Shown: positions 7,914 through 19,093, numbered from the stretch's first letter. The stretch is 64,000 nucleotides of DNA from Opitutus sp. GAS368 (GCA_945903415.1 CAMDOD010000002.1:474-64473); one strand, 5' to 3'. The notes: generated by a model not told the origin, from the sequence alone. Numbers and translations: made by a program.

Positions 7914-8780
7914 ATGAAGGCACTCGCCCCCGGAGTCACTTTGCGGCCGCTGCGGGCGGCCGACCTTCCCGCCGCGAGCGAACTGCGCCGACTCGCGGGT
8001 TGGAATCAAACGGAGCGGGATTGGGCCGGTTATCTGGAGTTTGAACCCGCGGGATGCTTCGCGGTGGAACGCGAGGGCCGGGTGGTGGGAACCGCCACGA
8101 CGATCACCTATGGCAGCCGGTTCGGCTGGATCGGGATGGTCTTGGTGGATCCCTCGCATCGCCGGGGAGGAATCGGATCGGTGCTGCTCGATCGGAGCAT
8201 CCAATACCTGCGGACGAAGGGCGTCGCCGGAATCAAGCTCGATGCCACTCCGATGGGACGAGCCGTCTATCTTCCCATGGGATTTCGCGATGAGTATGAA
8301 CTCGCCCGATACGAGGGCGTGGCGGGCGAGTTCAACCACCCGAGCGAGGACGTGGAGGCGTTCACGGCGTCGGATTGGGAGGAAGCCGTGGCCTTCGATG
8401 CCGCGGTCTTCGGCGCGGAGCGGAGCGCTGTGATCCGTTCGCTTGCCGGCCGCAATCCCGAGTGGTGCTTTGTGGCCAGGAAGGAGGGTCGAGTCGCGGG
8501 CCTCGTCATCGCGCGACAGGGAAGCAATGCGGTGCAGGTCGGGCCTTGGATCGCGTCCGATGAAGCGATCGCGGCGGGCTTGATTGCGGCCGTCTGGCGC
8601 CGCATCGCGGGTCGGCGGGTGTTTGTCGATGTGCCGGCGCCGAATTCCGCCGGCACGGCCCTGGTCGGCCGGCTGGGCCTCGGTGTCCAGCGAGGCTTCA
8701 CCCGAATGTATCTGGGCGAGAACGCATTTCCCGGGCTACCGGAGTGGTGGTACAGCACGAGTGGCGCCGAGAAGGGATAA
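7914..8780 (+). CDS. GNAT family N-acetyltransferase with a C-terminal extension
   Basis: GWIGMVLVDPSHRRGGIGSVLL is the acetyl-CoA-binding motif A (R/Q-x-x-G-x-G/A). Start taken at ATG 7914 (MKALAPG). Confidence 0.75.
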   Translation: MKALAPGVTLRPLRAADLPAASELRRLAGWNQTERDWAGYLEFEPAGCFAVEREGRVVGTATTITYGSRFGWIGMVLVDPSHRRGGIGSVLLDRSIQYLRTKGVAGIKLDATPMGRAVYLPMGFRDEYELARYEGVAGEFNHPSEDVEAFTASDWEEAVAFDAAVFGAERSAVIRSLAGRNPEWCFVARKEGRVAGLVIARQGSNAVQVGPWIASDEAIAAGLIAAVWRRIAGRRVFVDVPAPNSAGTALVGRLGLGVQRGFTRMYLGENAFPGLPEWWYSTSGAEKG

Positions 8781-8810
8781 AAAAAGAGCGCGACCAGGAA
8801 GGTCGCGCTC
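8779..8810 (-). terminator. Intrinsic terminator between convergent genes (T-run on the minus strand)
   Basis: Perfect 10-bp stem gagcgcgacc/ggtcgcgctc, loop aggaa. The A-run at 8779-8785 reads as a U-tract on the minus strand, downstream of the gene at 8840-9289. The hairpin also follows the GNAT stop. Confidence 0.6.
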
Positions 8811-8839
8811 GAATGGAAGCGGCGGTGTGGCCGCGGCGA

Positions 8840-9289
8840 TCAGTAAGTGCCCGGCGCGTTGTCCGAAGGGCCCTTGTTGGGCTTCGGCTTCATGACCGGA
8901 TTGGCAATGCGGCCCGCCGGAAGCGGCACGCGCGGAGGCGTGAGCCAGAGCGCGACCACTTGATAGCGGCTGATCACGGAGTGCATCAGCGCCTCATACA
9001 GGCCCTGGTCGAAGTTTTTCTCCAAAGCGACTTTCCGCTTCGTGAGATCCTCGAGCGACTTCACGCACTCGATCTTGTAATCGGGGTCGTCGACCTTGGC
9101 GATGATGGCCTCGACACCCTTCAACCGGGCATCGACGGCGGCCAAGGCGGTCTTCTGATCCCCGGTGAGGGGAACGGGAGCGACGGCCGCGGGTTCGGGC
9201 TTGGCGGGGATCTCAGCGGCCACCAAGGCCGGACTGGTGCCCAAGCCCAGGCCGGCGATCAGGACGAGGGAGAGTCGGGAAGGTGACAT
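8840..9289 (-). CDS. Hypothetical secreted protein (149 aa), third gene of the minus-strand DUF1592/DUF1552 operon
   Basis: Signal peptide MSPSRLSLVLIAGLGLGTSPALVAA. The start lies 5 nt after the DUF1552 stop. No family recognised. Confidence 0.5.
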   Translation of the reverse strand: MSPSRLSLVLIAGLGLGTSPALVAAEIPAKPEPAAVAPVPLTGDQKTALAAVDARLKGVEAIIAKVDDPDYKIECVKSLEDLTKRKVALEKNFDQGLYEALMHSVISRYQVVALWLTPPRVPLPAGRIANPVMKPKPNKGPSDNAPGTY

Positions 9290-9294
9290 GGCGA

Positions 9295-10635
9295 TCAGGT
9301 CATTTCCAAACCGCGGAGCGTGCCGGTGGAGGTTGAGAACTTGTCCTGTTCGATGCCCAGGCGCTGCAGCATCGAGACGAAGAGGTTCGGGAGCGGATAA
9401 TTCCGCTCGAGGTCGAATGCGAGATGCTGGCCGTGCTTGAAGCCGCCGCCCGCGAAGATGACGGGGACGTTCGTGTTCACGTGCTTGTTCGCATCGCCCA
9501 TGTTGGAGCCAAAGTAGACCATCGTGCGGTCCATCAGCGTCTCGCTGCCCTCACGTACCGCCTTGAGGTCGGTGAAGAGCTTCGCGAGCAGCTTCATGTG
9601 CGCATCGTCGAGGGCCTTGAGCTGGCCGCGCTTGTCATCCGAGCGGCCGTGGTGGGAGAGGTTGTGATAGCCGTCGGTGATGCCCTTCACGTTGAGCGCG
9701 GGCGAACCGACGCTGTCGAGCATCAGCGTGATGGCGCGGGTCGAGTCACTCTCGAATGACAGGCGGGCCAGCGCGTACATGACCTCGGTCTTCTTCATGT
9801 AGTCGGCCGGATCCGAGGGATCGACCGGGGCGGCTTCCTGCACGACGGGCTTGGCCTTCTGTTCCCAGCCGCGGGAGGCCGTCATCCGGCTCTCGAGGTC
9901 ACGCACGCTGGTGAAATATTGATCGAGCCGCTCGCGATCGCGCGGGCCGCCCTTGCGCTGCAGTTCCTTGGCGTGGTCCGCGACGGCGTCGAGGATGCTG
10001 CGGCCGGTGTCGAGCTGGCGGACCTGGGCCTCAATCTGCTGCGGCGTGCCCTGCAGGAAGAGCTGCTTGAAGACCTCCGCGGCCTTGTCTTCTGGCGGAA
10101 TGGCCACGCCGGTGCCGCTGTAGGAAAGACTCCGGCTGCGCGTGTTGACCGCGAGCGTGATGGACGGGAACCGCGTCATGATTCCGATGCGCTCGCCGAC
10201 GAACTGGTCGAGCGAGATCGTGTTGCGGAAGGAGCTGCTGCCGGGGTGCGGGGCGCCGGTCAGGAAGCAGATGTCCGAGGTATGGCTGCCGTCGACGCCG
10301 GGATGCGAAACGCCGCTCATGACGGTGAAGTCGTTGCGGTGTTCCTGCAGGAGATTCAGATAGGGTGACGCGGTGTAGTCTCGACCGGCGTTGGCCGGGA
10401 AGAAGAGATCGGGAAGCACGCCCAAGTTCTGACAGATCGCGAACATCCGGCGGGGCTTCGCGCCCGGAGCGAGCGGCGAAGTCGATTCGGCGGCCCGCGC
10501 AAACGACGGCAGCATCGAATCCAGCATCGGAAGCGCCAGGGCGACGCCTGATCCTTTGAGGAAGGTGCGTCGCGAAAGCGGACGCCGGGTGGAGATGAAC
10601 GGGCCGTAGGGGGATTGGGCAGTGGTGGTCTTCAT
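9295..10635 (-). CDS. DUF1552 (HxxSHH) family protein with a twin-arginine signal
   Basis: Tat-like N-terminus [20 protein letters not shown]. Contains the motif GYHNLSHHG. Start taken at ATG 10635 (MKTTTAQ), not at the 517-aa ORF start. Confidence 0.85.
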   Translation of the reverse strand: MKTTTAQSPYGPFISTRRPLSRRTFLKGSGVALALPMLDSMLPSFARAAESTSPLAPGAKPRRMFAICQNLGVLPDLFFPANAGRDYTASPYLNLLQEHRNDFTVMSGVSHPGVDGSHTSDICFLTGAPHPGSSSFRNTISLDQFVGERIGIMTRFPSITLAVNTRSRSLSYSGTGVAIPPEDKAAEVFKQLFLQGTPQQIEAQVRQLDTGRSILDAVADHAKELQRKGGPRDRERLDQYFTSVRDLESRMTASRGWEQKAKPVVQEAAPVDPSDPADYMKKTEVMYALARLSFESDSTRAITLMLDSVGSPALNVKGITDGYHNLSHHGRSDDKRGQLKALDDAHMKLLAKLFTDLKAVREGSETLMDRTMVYFGSNMGDANKHVNTNVPVIFAGGGFKHGQHLAFDLERNYPLPNLFVSMLQRLGIEQDKFSTSTGTLRGLEMT

Positions 10636-10711
10636 GATTTGGGCTCTCTGATCGCTGAGGGTACTATATGAGAAAGTGTTCGCGTTTAAAGTCAGATTCT
10701 TGCGGAAGGCA

Positions 10712-13504
10712 TCATTTGTTGAGGAACAGGTCGCTCTGCACAATAGCGTGGATGAGGCTGCGGACGCCATATTGACGGCCCTTTGCCTCTCCGAGAATGC
10801 CCTCGATGACCGCGCGATCACTAAAACGCACCGGCGATCCGGTCGCATAGACCGCCAGTTGCCGTGCCAGATTCCGGGCGATCTGCGCCTCGTCGCGGAG
10901 GATCAGGCGCTTGAATTCGCGGACATCCTTGAAGGTCTGGCCATCGGGCAACTGACCCTGCGCTTCGACGGGCAGTGCGTAGTGGAAATCGAACGCCCAG
11001 CCATTCTTGCCGAGGCCGACCTCGGGCAGCTTGTCCTTGGCGTCGCCACGGTACCGGTCGCGCCAGGCGCCCATGACGTCAAAACTCTCCAGCGCGAAGC
11101 CCTGCGGATCGATCTTGGTGTGGCAGACCGCACAACTCTCGTCCGCGCGGTGCCGCTCGAGCTGCTGGCGAATTGTGACGGCGCCGCGAGTGTCGGGATC
11201 GACCGCGGGGACGGCCGCCGGCGGGGCGGGAACATGGCGGCCGAGGATGCGTTCGCTGAGCCATTTACCGCGAATGACCGGCGAAGTCGTCGTGCCGTTG
11301 GCGGTGACCTTCAGAACCATGGCCTGAGTCATGACTCCGCCGCGAACGCTGTCCGCGGGCAAGGCCACGCGGCGCATGGCCGCACCGGCGACACCCCGAA
11401 TGCCATAGTGCTCGGCGAGTCGCTCGTTGAGGTAGGTGAAATCCGAGTTGATGACGTTTCGGGCTGGCAGATCTTTTTGCAGCAACTCGGTGAAGAACAT
11501 CCGTGACTCGTCGAGCGCGGCCTCGGCCAGCGCTTCATCGAGATAATAGTCAGGGTAGAGCGTGTTGGAGGGAGTCGTCGCGTCCTGCTTGCGCAGCTCG
11601 AGCCAATAATCGAGGAACGCTTCCACGAGCCGCCGGGACTTGGGGTCGTTCAGCAAGCGCTCCGTTTCCGTGCGCAGGACCTCGGGCCGGCGCAGTTCGC
11701 CTCGTTGCGCCCGGGCGAGGAGGGCTGCATCGGGCGCCGAATTCCAGAGGAAATAGGCGAGGCGGGACGCCACCGCGTAGTCATCGAGCCGGCCCGGCGT
11801 TTCCTCGAGATAGAGGAAGCCGGGGGAGCAGATGATCGCCGTGTAACCCGCGAGCATGGAATACGTGAAATCGTGCCCGGCCTTCATCTGGGCTCGAATG
11901 AGTCCCAGATAGCGCTGCACATCCGCTTCCTCGACCGGGCGTCGATAGGCTTGCCGCATGAACGCTCGCAGCAGTCGCTCAGTGTCGCGCTCCGTATTGG
12001 CGGACACGACTTCGACGGGAACGTCCTGCGTCCGCACCACCCGGCCATAACCGCCGGCACCGTCGGGTCCGCGATTCCGCGAGGGCATCAGGGTCTGGAC
12101 CGCGATCTCCGCTTCAGGTCGATCCGATTTCTTCAACGGCAGATCGCCAAAGAGAATTCGATAGCCCGCAGTTGAGGTTTCATCCAGCAGGGGGCCTTCG
12201 ACTTCCATCCACCGAAACGCCACCGCGGGAGCGCCGTCGCGCTGGGCGAGGGGATTGGAGGCGGATCCCGGCCGGTTGCGGAAAAAGCGGGACGCGTCGG
12301 TTACCAGGGCTTCGTTCTCGGCGAGAGTGATGACGCCCAGATCGTAAACCGCAGGCTCCGGAGTGAGATCAAACTCGCCGACCCGGCGGACGTCGATCGG
12401 GCCTTGCGCATACACCGTGATGGGTTCGTTCCGGCGTCCCGCGGAGACATCGCCGCCGTTTGGGTAATGCCACTGCGGCTCGCCGTGGATAAGTTCCTTC
12501 GTGCCGTCAGCCTTCGTGACCGTGCTGGTGCTGTGTCCGTTGGGGCCGACCCAGACGGTGTAGCCACTCCAACGGACACGATACTTGCCCGCAACTGGCG
12601 CGCGAAAGTTGTCCCAGATGGTGTGGAACGGATGGTAATTGCTGCGCATCCAGCCGACGGCCTCCAATTCACGCGTCGCCGGATCCTCGCTGCCAACAGT
12701 CAATGGGGCCTGGCGGGCCCGGACTTCGGGCTGCGGGCTGGTACCGAGAACCGGAAACGCCATGCGCTCGGGATTCGGATTTCCGTTCATGACACGGTGG
12801 AAGGTGCGGGTCCAGACCTGCTCGTCACGTGCCCAATAACGGGTGGTCGTGGCGGCGGGCAGGGACTGCCGCGCCAGTTCGATCCCCATCGTATGGCGCA
12901 TCGCCTGGTTGGCGGCCCTCATGTATCGCGTCATCTGCACGTGCGAGACGTCCAAGGCGTCACCAATTTTGTTGAACAACTCGGCCTCGCCGTCCTCCGG
13001 CAGCTCATTCTTCACGTGGAGCCACGGTGCCTGGAGCAGGTCGCGCAGGGAGTTCTCGAACTCGTAGCGATTAAGCCGGCGCTGCGTGGTGCGACCATCC
13101 CGGGCCGCGGTCGCCTTGTCCTCCGTCGTCAGCGACGTTGCCAGGGATTGAACGAAGTCTCCCAGTTCGGACGCCGCGGGCCGGCGTTTTTCCTTGGGCG
13201 GCATCTCTCCCGCCTGGACGCGGTCGTGGACGCGGACCCAGGTCAGGAAGTTGGCCGGATCGGACGGCGCGTACTGCAGCGTGGTCAGGTCGAGATTGCC
13301 TTCCTTGTCCACGTCGTTGTGGCAGCTCGAGCAATGCGTGTCGGTGAACGTAGTGAGATCGGCACCGAGGTTGGCGGCGAACATTCCGCCGGGGAGCAAT
13401 CCGATCAGCAGCGCCCCCAGATGGGAGGCGAGTGCCCGAACGCGGTGAGCAGACCGAGGCGAGGCAAGACCACCGGGGGGCGAATTAAAGGGGGAGAAAT
13501 TCAT
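10712..13504 (-). CDS. DUF1592/DUF1588/DUF1585/DUF1587/DUF1595-family multidomain protein with two CxxCH haem-binding motifs
   Basis: 930 aa. Signal/anchor segment, then HCSSCHN near the N-terminus and [11 protein letters not shown] near the C-terminus. Paralogous to 2-1210 and 13793-16192. Confidence 0.9.
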   Translation of the reverse strand: MNFSPFNSPPGGLASPRSAHRVRALASHLGALLIGLLPGGMFAANLGADLTTFTDTHCSSCHNDVDKEGNLDLTTLQYAPSDPANFLTWVRVHDRVQAGEMPPKEKRRPAASELGDFVQSLATSLTTEDKATAARDGRTTQRRLNRYEFENSLRDLLQAPWLHVKNELPEDGEAELFNKIGDALDVSHVQMTRYMRAANQAMRHTMGIELARQSLPAATTTRYWARDEQVWTRTFHRVMNGNPNPERMAFPVLGTSPQPEVRARQAPLTVGSEDPATRELEAVGWMRSNYHPFHTIWDNFRAPVAGKYRVRWSGYTVWVGPNGHSTSTVTKADGTKELIHGEPQWHYPNGGDVSAGRRNEPITVYAQGPIDVRRVGEFDLTPEPAVYDLGVITLAENEALVTDASRFFRNRPGSASNPLAQRDGAPAVAFRWMEVEGPLLDETSTAGYRILFGDLPLKKSDRPEAEIAVQTLMPSRNRGPDGAGGYGRVVRTQDVPVEVVSANTERDTERLLRAFMRQAYRRPVEEADVQRYLGLIRAQMKAGHDFTYSMLAGYTAIICSPGFLYLEETPGRLDDYAVASRLAYFLWNSAPDAALLARAQRGELRRPEVLRTETERLLNDPKSRRLVEAFLDYWLELRKQDATTPSNTLYPDYYLDEALAEAALDESRMFFTELLQKDLPARNVINSDFTYLNERLAEHYGIRGVAGAAMRRVALPADSVRGGVMTQAMVLKVTANGTTTSPVIRGKWLSERILGRHVPAPPAAVPAVDPDTRGAVTIRQQLERHRADESCAVCHTKIDPQGFALESFDVMGAWRDRYRGDAKDKLPEVGLGKNGWAFDFHYALPVEAQGQLPDGQTFKDVREFKRLILRDEAQIARNLARQLAVYATGSPVRFSDRAVIEGILGEAKGRQYGVRSLIHAIVQSDLFLNK

Positions 13505-13792
13505 GCTCGGGAAGAAAGGGTGCTATGGTCTTCGGGAAGACAACGACTACCGGGGAACAGACCAAGCTACCACCGTTCCAGCGTCTGCGCTACCGTGAAA
13601 AAGGTGTCGGCCCGCCCGGAGGTCAAGGCGGAGGAAATGGTCTGGAGAATTTTTCGCGAATCCCAGTGGCGAACTGGTCGGCAATGCACGACGTTTTACC
13701 TCGCGCTTGGTCGGGTGACCGCTTTTTTTCCGCACTGACCCCGTCGCCCCCGGTGACATGCAGAATCTGATAGTGATTCGTTCCCCCCTCCC

Positions 13793-16192
13793 ATGCCCCT
13801 TTTGCTTCCCTCCCGTTTGGATCGCTGGCGCCTGGCCATCGCAGGAATTTTCGTCGGTTCGTTCGCTGGCGTGATCGGTGTCAACGCGGCGGTGGGAGTC
13901 GCCGACGCTGCTCCCGTGGCTGAACTCGTGAAGCAGTATTGTCTGGATTGCCATGACAACGGCGCCAAGAAGGCCGACCTTTCCTTTGAGGAACTGGATC
14001 TCACTCATCCGGCGAAAGACCCGCATGTTTGGGAGCAGGTCGTTCACAAACTCAGCCATCGCCAGATGCCCCCAGTCGGCGAGCCGCGACCCGATGACGC
14101 GGTATTCAATCGCGTGGTGAAATCGTTGGTCGCCGAGTTGGACAAGGTGGCCGCGGCCAGTCCGAATCCAGGCCGGACCGATTCGTTGCGCCGGCTGACC
14201 CGCAACGAATACCAGAATGCCGTCCGCGATCTGCTCGCGGTGGAGATCGATGCCACCACGCTGCTGCCGAACGACGAACCCAGTCACGGCTTTGACAATG
14301 TCACAGTGGGGAACCTTTCGCCGACCCTGCTCGATCGCTACGTCTCCGCGGCGCAGAAGATCGCCCGCCTGGCGATTGGCGGGACCGGCAAGGCTCCTGG
14401 TGGCGACACGTTTCGCGTTCGGCCCGATCTGACCCAGGAAGATCACATCGAAGGGCTGCCGATCGGAACCCGTGGCGGCACCCTTATTCCCCACCTGTTT
14501 CCCCAGGACGGGGAGTATGAAATTCAGGTGCGACTGGCGCGCGATCGCAACGAACAGGTCGAGGGTCTGAAGCAGCCTCACGAGGTGGAGTTTATTCTCG
14601 ATCGGGAGCGCGTCGGGCTGTTCACGGTGGCGCCGCCCGGCAGCGACAAGAACGCCGAGGGCGTCGACACGCATTTGAAGCTGCGGCTCAACGTCAAGGC
14701 GGGGCCGCACGCTCTCGGGGTGACTTTCCCGAAGAATCCTTTGGCGCTGATCGAGACGGAGCGCCAGCCGTTCCTCGTCCGATTCAACGTGCACCGCCAC
14801 CCGCGGACGGCGCCGGCGATTTTCCAGGTTTCGATCACGGGTCCGTTCAACGCCAAGGGGCCGGGCGACACCCCGAGCCGCCGGCTGATCTTCGGCGGCA
14901 ACGGGGCGGTGGGGGTTGATTCCAACTCCGTACCGGCGCAGGAAGCGCGGGCGCGCGCCATCCTCGAGCCCATCGTGCGTCGGGCGTATCGCCGGCCCGT
15001 CACCGACGAAGATCTGCGCAAGCCGATGCAATTTTTCCGGGAAGGCACTTACGAAGGAGCCGGGTTCGAGGCCGGGATCGAGAACGCCCTGGGCGCGATT
15101 CTGGTTAGTCCACGGTTTCTCCTCCGGGTGGAGAACGACCCCGCGGGAATCGCACCCGGCACGGTGTATCGGATCGGGGACCTCGAATTGGCTTCCCGGC
15201 TCTCCTTCTTCCTCTGGAGCAGCCTGCCGGACGACGCGCTCCTCGAGGCGGCCGTGCGCGGCGACCTCCGGCAGCCAGCGCTCCTCGAGCAGCAGGTGCG
15301 CCGGATGCTCGCCGATGAGCGGTCGCGCAGCCTCGTCACCAATTTCGCGAGTCAATGGCTCCACTTGCGCGCGCTGGAAGGGACCACGCCGGACCTTCGC
15401 CTCTTCATCAACTTCGACGACAACGTTCGCCAGGCGCTCCGCCAGGAAACCGAGCTCTTCTTCGAAAGCATCCTGCGCGAGGATCGGAGCGTCACCGAGC
15501 TGATCAGCGCGGACTACACTTTCCTGAACGAGCGGCTCGCGAAGCATTACGGGATTCCGAATATCTACGGGAGTCACTTCCGGCGGGTTTCCTTTGCGGG
15601 CGACGCCCAGCGCCAGCGGGGCGGTTTGCTGCGACATGGCAGCATCCTCACAGTGACCTCGTATGCGACCCGCACTTCGCCGGTGATTCGCGGCGCCTGG
15701 ATTCTCGGCAACCTGCAGGGCGCGCCGCCGCCGCCGCCACCACCCAATATCCCGTCGCTCGATGAGAACATCATCGCGGCGTCGCTGCCGATGCGCGAGC
15801 GGCTGGCCGAGCATCGCAAGAATCCGAGCTGCGCGGGCTGCCACAATGTCATGGATCCGGTCGGTTTCTCGCTGGAGAATTTCGATGCGATCGGCCGGTG
15901 GCGCGATCTGGAGGATCACCAGCCGGTGGATGCGTCCGGCGGATTCTCCGATGGCAGCACCTTCACGGGCGTGCAGGGCCTGGAACAGGCGTTGCTCCGC
16001 CGGCCCGAACTTTTTGCCGGCACGATCGCGGAAAAACTGCTGATCTTTGCCCTGGGCCGGGGTGTCGAAACCTACGATGCGCCCGCCCTCCGCCAGATCG
16101 TCCGGCTCGCCGAAGCCGACGGCTACCGCTTTTCGTCCCTGATTCTTGGCATCGTCAACAGCACTCCGTTCCAGATGAGGAAATCCCCATGA
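13793..16192 (+). CDS. DUF1592/DUF1588-family multidomain protein with two CxxCH motifs
   Basis: 799 aa. N-terminal YCLDCHD and C-terminal SCAGCHNVMDP. Shared family blocks: FLWSSLPDD, SADYTFLNERLAKHYGI, TSYATRTSPVIRG. The stop overlaps the next gene's start (ATGA). Confidence 0.9.
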   Translation: MPLLLPSRLDRWRLAIAGIFVGSFAGVIGVNAAVGVADAAPVAELVKQYCLDCHDNGAKKADLSFEELDLTHPAKDPHVWEQVVHKLSHRQMPPVGEPRPDDAVFNRVVKSLVAELDKVAAASPNPGRTDSLRRLTRNEYQNAVRDLLAVEIDATTLLPNDEPSHGFDNVTVGNLSPTLLDRYVSAAQKIARLAIGGTGKAPGGDTFRVRPDLTQEDHIEGLPIGTRGGTLIPHLFPQDGEYEIQVRLARDRNEQVEGLKQPHEVEFILDRERVGLFTVAPPGSDKNAEGVDTHLKLRLNVKAGPHALGVTFPKNPLALIETERQPFLVRFNVHRHPRTAPAIFQVSITGPFNAKGPGDTPSRRLIFGGNGAVGVDSNSVPAQEARARAILEPIVRRAYRRPVTDEDLRKPMQFFREGTYEGAGFEAGIENALGAILVSPRFLLRVENDPAGIAPGTVYRIGDLELASRLSFFLWSSLPDDALLEAAVRGDLRQPALLEQQVRRMLADERSRSLVTNFASQWLHLRALEGTTPDLRLFINFDDNVRQALRQETELFFESILREDRSVTELISADYTFLNERLAKHYGIPNIYGSHFRRVSFAGDAQRQRGGLLRHGSILTVTSYATRTSPVIRGAWILGNLQGAPPPPPPPNIPSLDENIIAASLPMRERLAEHRKNPSCAGCHNVMDPVGFSLENFDAIGRWRDLEDHQPVDASGGFSDGSTFTGVQGLEQALLRRPELFAGTIAEKLLIFALGRGVETYDAPALRQIVRLAEADGYRFSSLILGIVNSTPFQMRKSP

Positions 16193-17535
16193 TTATCACC
16201 AAAAAGGCATTACCCCGACGGACCTTCCTGCGCGGCATCGGCGCCACGCTCGCGCTCCCGCTGCTCGACGCCATGATTCCGGCGGCTACGGCGGCGACGA
16301 AGACGGTCGCCACGCCCGTGCGCCGGCTCGGTTATGTGTTCATGCCGATGGGCTGCGACCAACCGCGCTGGACGCCGCCGGGCACCGACGGACTCTTGCG
16401 GGAGCTTTCGCCGATCCTCAGTTCGCTGGAACCCGTCAAGCAGCACGTCACCGCCTTCAGCAACCTTGAGTTGCGCAACGCCTATCCCGGTTCGCACGCG
16501 ACCTCGAACGCCGCGTTCCTCAGTGCCGCGAAGGCGAAGCACACCGAGAGTTCCGACTACTATCTCGGCACGACGGCCGACCAGCTGGCGGCCCAGCAGA
16601 TCGGCCGCGAGTCGCAGCTTCCCTCCCTCGAGCTCTCGATGGACATGATGCAGACCACAGGGCAGTGCGACAACGGCTACGCCTGCGTTTATCAGAACAA
16701 CCTCTCCTGGTCGTCGCCGACCACACCGCTGCCCTCCGAGGCGCATCCGCGAATCGTGTTCGAGCGTCTCTTCGGCGAGGGCGGAAATCTCGCGGAGCGT
16801 CGTGCCGCCCTGCGCAAGCGGGCCAGTCTCCTCGATTGGATCACCGAGGACATGGCCAGCCTGCGGCGTGAACTCGGGCCTGCCGATCGCCAAAAGGTCA
16901 GCGAATATCTCGACACGGTGCGCGAGGTGGAGCGCCGGATTCAGCGGGCCGAGGCCAATGCGGTCGGCAATCCGCTTCCTGATCTCGACCGTCCGCTGGG
17001 CGTACCCGCCGCTTATGCGGATCATGCCAAGCTCATGTTCGATCTGCAGGTGCTGGCCATGCAGGGCGACGTGACTCGCATCTGCACCTTCCAGCTCGCC
17101 CGCGAAACGAGCAACCGGACCTATCCCGAGATTGGCGTTCCCGATCCGCATCACCCGCTCTCCCATCACGGCAACGACCCGGAAAAGGTCGCGCGGATGG
17201 CGAAGATCAATGCCTTCCACGTGTCGCTGTTCTCGTACTATCTGCAGCGCCTGAAAGAGACGCCCGATGGCGCGGGATCGCTGCTGGATCATTCGCTGAT
17301 CCTCTACGGTAGCGGCATCGGCAACCCGAACATCCACGATCACACGAACCTTCCGGTCCTCGTCGCCGGCGGCTCCGCCCTCGGCATGAAAGGCGGCCGC
17401 CACATCCGGTACGATCAGCCGGTCCCGCTCGCCAACCTCCATCTCACACTGCTCGACAAGGCCGGCGTGAAGATCGACTCGTTCGCCGACAGCAACGGCC
17501 GGATCGAGGAGTTGTTCTCGCCGCTCTCCGTATAA
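16189..17535 (+). CDS. DUF1552 (HxxSHH) family protein with a twin-arginine signal
   Basis: MIITKKALPRRTFLRGIGATLALPLLDA. Contains the motif DPHHPLSHHG. Start at ATG 16189, overlapping the upstream stop by 4 nt. Confidence 0.85.
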   Translation: MIITKKALPRRTFLRGIGATLALPLLDAMIPAATAATKTVATPVRRLGYVFMPMGCDQPRWTPPGTDGLLRELSPILSSLEPVKQHVTAFSNLELRNAYPGSHATSNAAFLSAAKAKHTESSDYYLGTTADQLAAQQIGRESQLPSLELSMDMMQTTGQCDNGYACVYQNNLSWSSPTTPLPSEAHPRIVFERLFGEGGNLAERRAALRKRASLLDWITEDMASLRRELGPADRQKVSEYLDTVREVERRIQRAEANAVGNPLPDLDRPLGVPAAYADHAKLMFDLQVLAMQGDVTRICTFQLARETSNRTYPEIGVPDPHHPLSHHGNDPEKVARMAKINAFHVSLFSYYLQRLKETPDGAGSLLDHSLILYGSGIGNPNIHDHTNLPVLVAGGSALGMKGGRHIRYDQPVPLANLHLTLLDKAGVKIDSFADSNGRIEELFSPLSV

Positions 17536-17575
17536 CTGGGTGAGGCCGGGTGCCCCCGGCCTGCCCGCATTGCCC

Positions 17576-19093
17576 ATGAAACGTTACCCCCTGATGTTTA
17601 CCACACCCGCCGCGTTGCTCAGCTTGCTGGCCTGCTGCCTCGGCCTGGGATCGAATCTCGCACTCGGCGCCTCGCCCTCGCGGGCGGCACTGGCTGATGC
17701 GATGGAAAAGAAGGATGTCGCCGCGGTGCGGGCGTTGATTGGCGACAGCGATGTGAACGTTGCGCAGGTGGACGGGATGACGGCCCTCCATTGGGCGGTG
17801 CGTCATGACGATCTCGCGGCGGTCAAGATTCTCCTGGCGGCGAAGGCCGACTCGAAGGTCGTGAATCGCTACGGCGTGACGCCGCTGTCGCTCGCCTGCA
17901 CCAATGGGAATACGGAGATGGTCACGCTACTGCTCGATTCCGGGGCCGACGCGAACGCCGCGCTGCCGGGTGGCGAGACGCCGCTCATGACTGCCGCCCG
18001 CACCGGACGGCTGGGCCCGGTCAAGGCCTTGCTGGCCCGTGGCGCGGACGCCAACGCGAAGCTTCCCCAAGGCCAGACCGCGATGATGTGGGCAGCGGCC
18101 GACGGTCATCCCGAGGTGGTGCAGGCACTCATCGATGCCGGAGCCGATTTCAAGACGGCGCTCCCGATCGGGTTCACCCCGATGCTGTTCGCGGTCCGCG
18201 CCGGACACACCGCCGTCGTGCAGGTGTTTCTGAAGGCGGGGGTGGACATCAACGAGGCCTCGGCCCCGACGGTTCGTCCGGGCAACAAACAACTCCGCCG
18301 GGGCTCCAGTGCGATCACGGTGGCGGTGGAGAACGGTCGCTTCGATCTGGCCTCACTGCTGATCGACCGCGGCGCGGATCCCAGCGACATGCGGTCGGGC
18401 TACACGCCCTTGCACATCCTTTCCTGGATTCGGAAGCCCGATCGCGGCGAGGACGAAGGCGATCCGATCCCGGAGGATCCGAGCCGGACGACGAGCGCGG
18501 AACTCATCCGAAAGTTCGTCGCCAAGGGCGCCGACCTTAATGCCCGCCTGACCGGCGGACCGTCCGGCGGCGGACGGATCAATCGCAAGGGCTGCACGCC
18601 GTTCATGCTGGCGGCGGACACGGCGGACACCGCGTTCATGAAGTTGCTGCGCGAGTTGGGTGCCGATCCGACGATCATGAACGAGGATGGCTGCACGCCG
18701 ATCATGGCGGCGGCCGGGCTTGGGACGCGGTCAGCCGAGGAGGAGGCGGGGACTGAAGACGAGGCGATCGAGGCCTTGGAGTACCTCCTTGGCCTCGGAG
18801 CCGACATTAATGCCGTCTCGCGCGATGGTGACACCGCGATGCACGGTGCGGCCTTCGCCAATTTTCCCAAGGTCGTGAAGTTTCTCGATGCCCGCGGGGC
18901 GAAGATCGAGGTGTGGAACCAGCCCAGCAAACGCGGCTGGATCCCGCTGCGCATCGCCGAGGGACATCGCTTCGGTAACTTTAAACCGTCATTCGAGACC
19001 ATCGCCGCGATCAAGGAAGTCATGCTGGCCCACGGCGCGACCGTGCCGCCGCCCATGGCGCCGATTCCAGTCAACGGTTACGTGCCGCTCTGA
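17576..19093 (+). CDS. Secreted ankyrin-repeat protein (about 505 aa)
   Basis: Signal peptide MKRYPLMFTTPAALLSLLACCLGLGS. Many ANK units (DGMTALHWAVRHDDLAAVKILLAAKAD, GVTPLSLACTNGNTEMVTLLLDSGAD, GQTAMMWAAADGHPEVVQALIDAGAD, and others). It lies 40 nt downstream of the DUF1552 gene on the same strand. Confidence 0.9.
   Translation: MKRYPLMFTTPAALLSLLACCLGLGSNLALGASPSRAALADAMEKKDVAAVRALIGDSDVNVAQVDGMTALHWAVRHDDLAAVKILLAAKADSKVVNRYGVTPLSLACTNGNTEMVTLLLDSGADANAALPGGETPLMTAARTGRLGPVKALLARGADANAKLPQGQTAMMWAAADGHPEVVQALIDAGADFKTALPIGFTPMLFAVRAGHTAVVQVFLKAGVDINEASAPTVRPGNKQLRRGSSAITVAVENGRFDLASLLIDRGADPSDMRSGYTPLHILSWIRKPDRGEDEGDPIPEDPSRTTSAELIRKFVAKGADLNARLTGGPSGGGRINRKGCTPFMLAADTADTAFMKLLRELGADPTIMNEDGCTPIMAAAGLGTRSAEEEAGTEDEAIEALEYLLGLGADINAVSRDGDTAMHGAAFANFPKVVKFLDARGAKIEVWNQPSKRGWIPLRIAEGHRFGNFKPSFETIAAIKEVMLAHGATVPPPMAPIPVNGYVPL

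Noticed and set aside
13547-17577. 790-aa and 455-aa minus-strand ORFs (13547-15919, 16210-17577) opposite the plus-strand DUF1592-family and DUF1552 genes
   Set aside because: Shadow ORFs with Arg/Gly/Pro-rich composition and no motifs. The plus-strand frames carry CxxCH, Tat-signal and HxxSHH features and are paralogous to the minus-strand operon.
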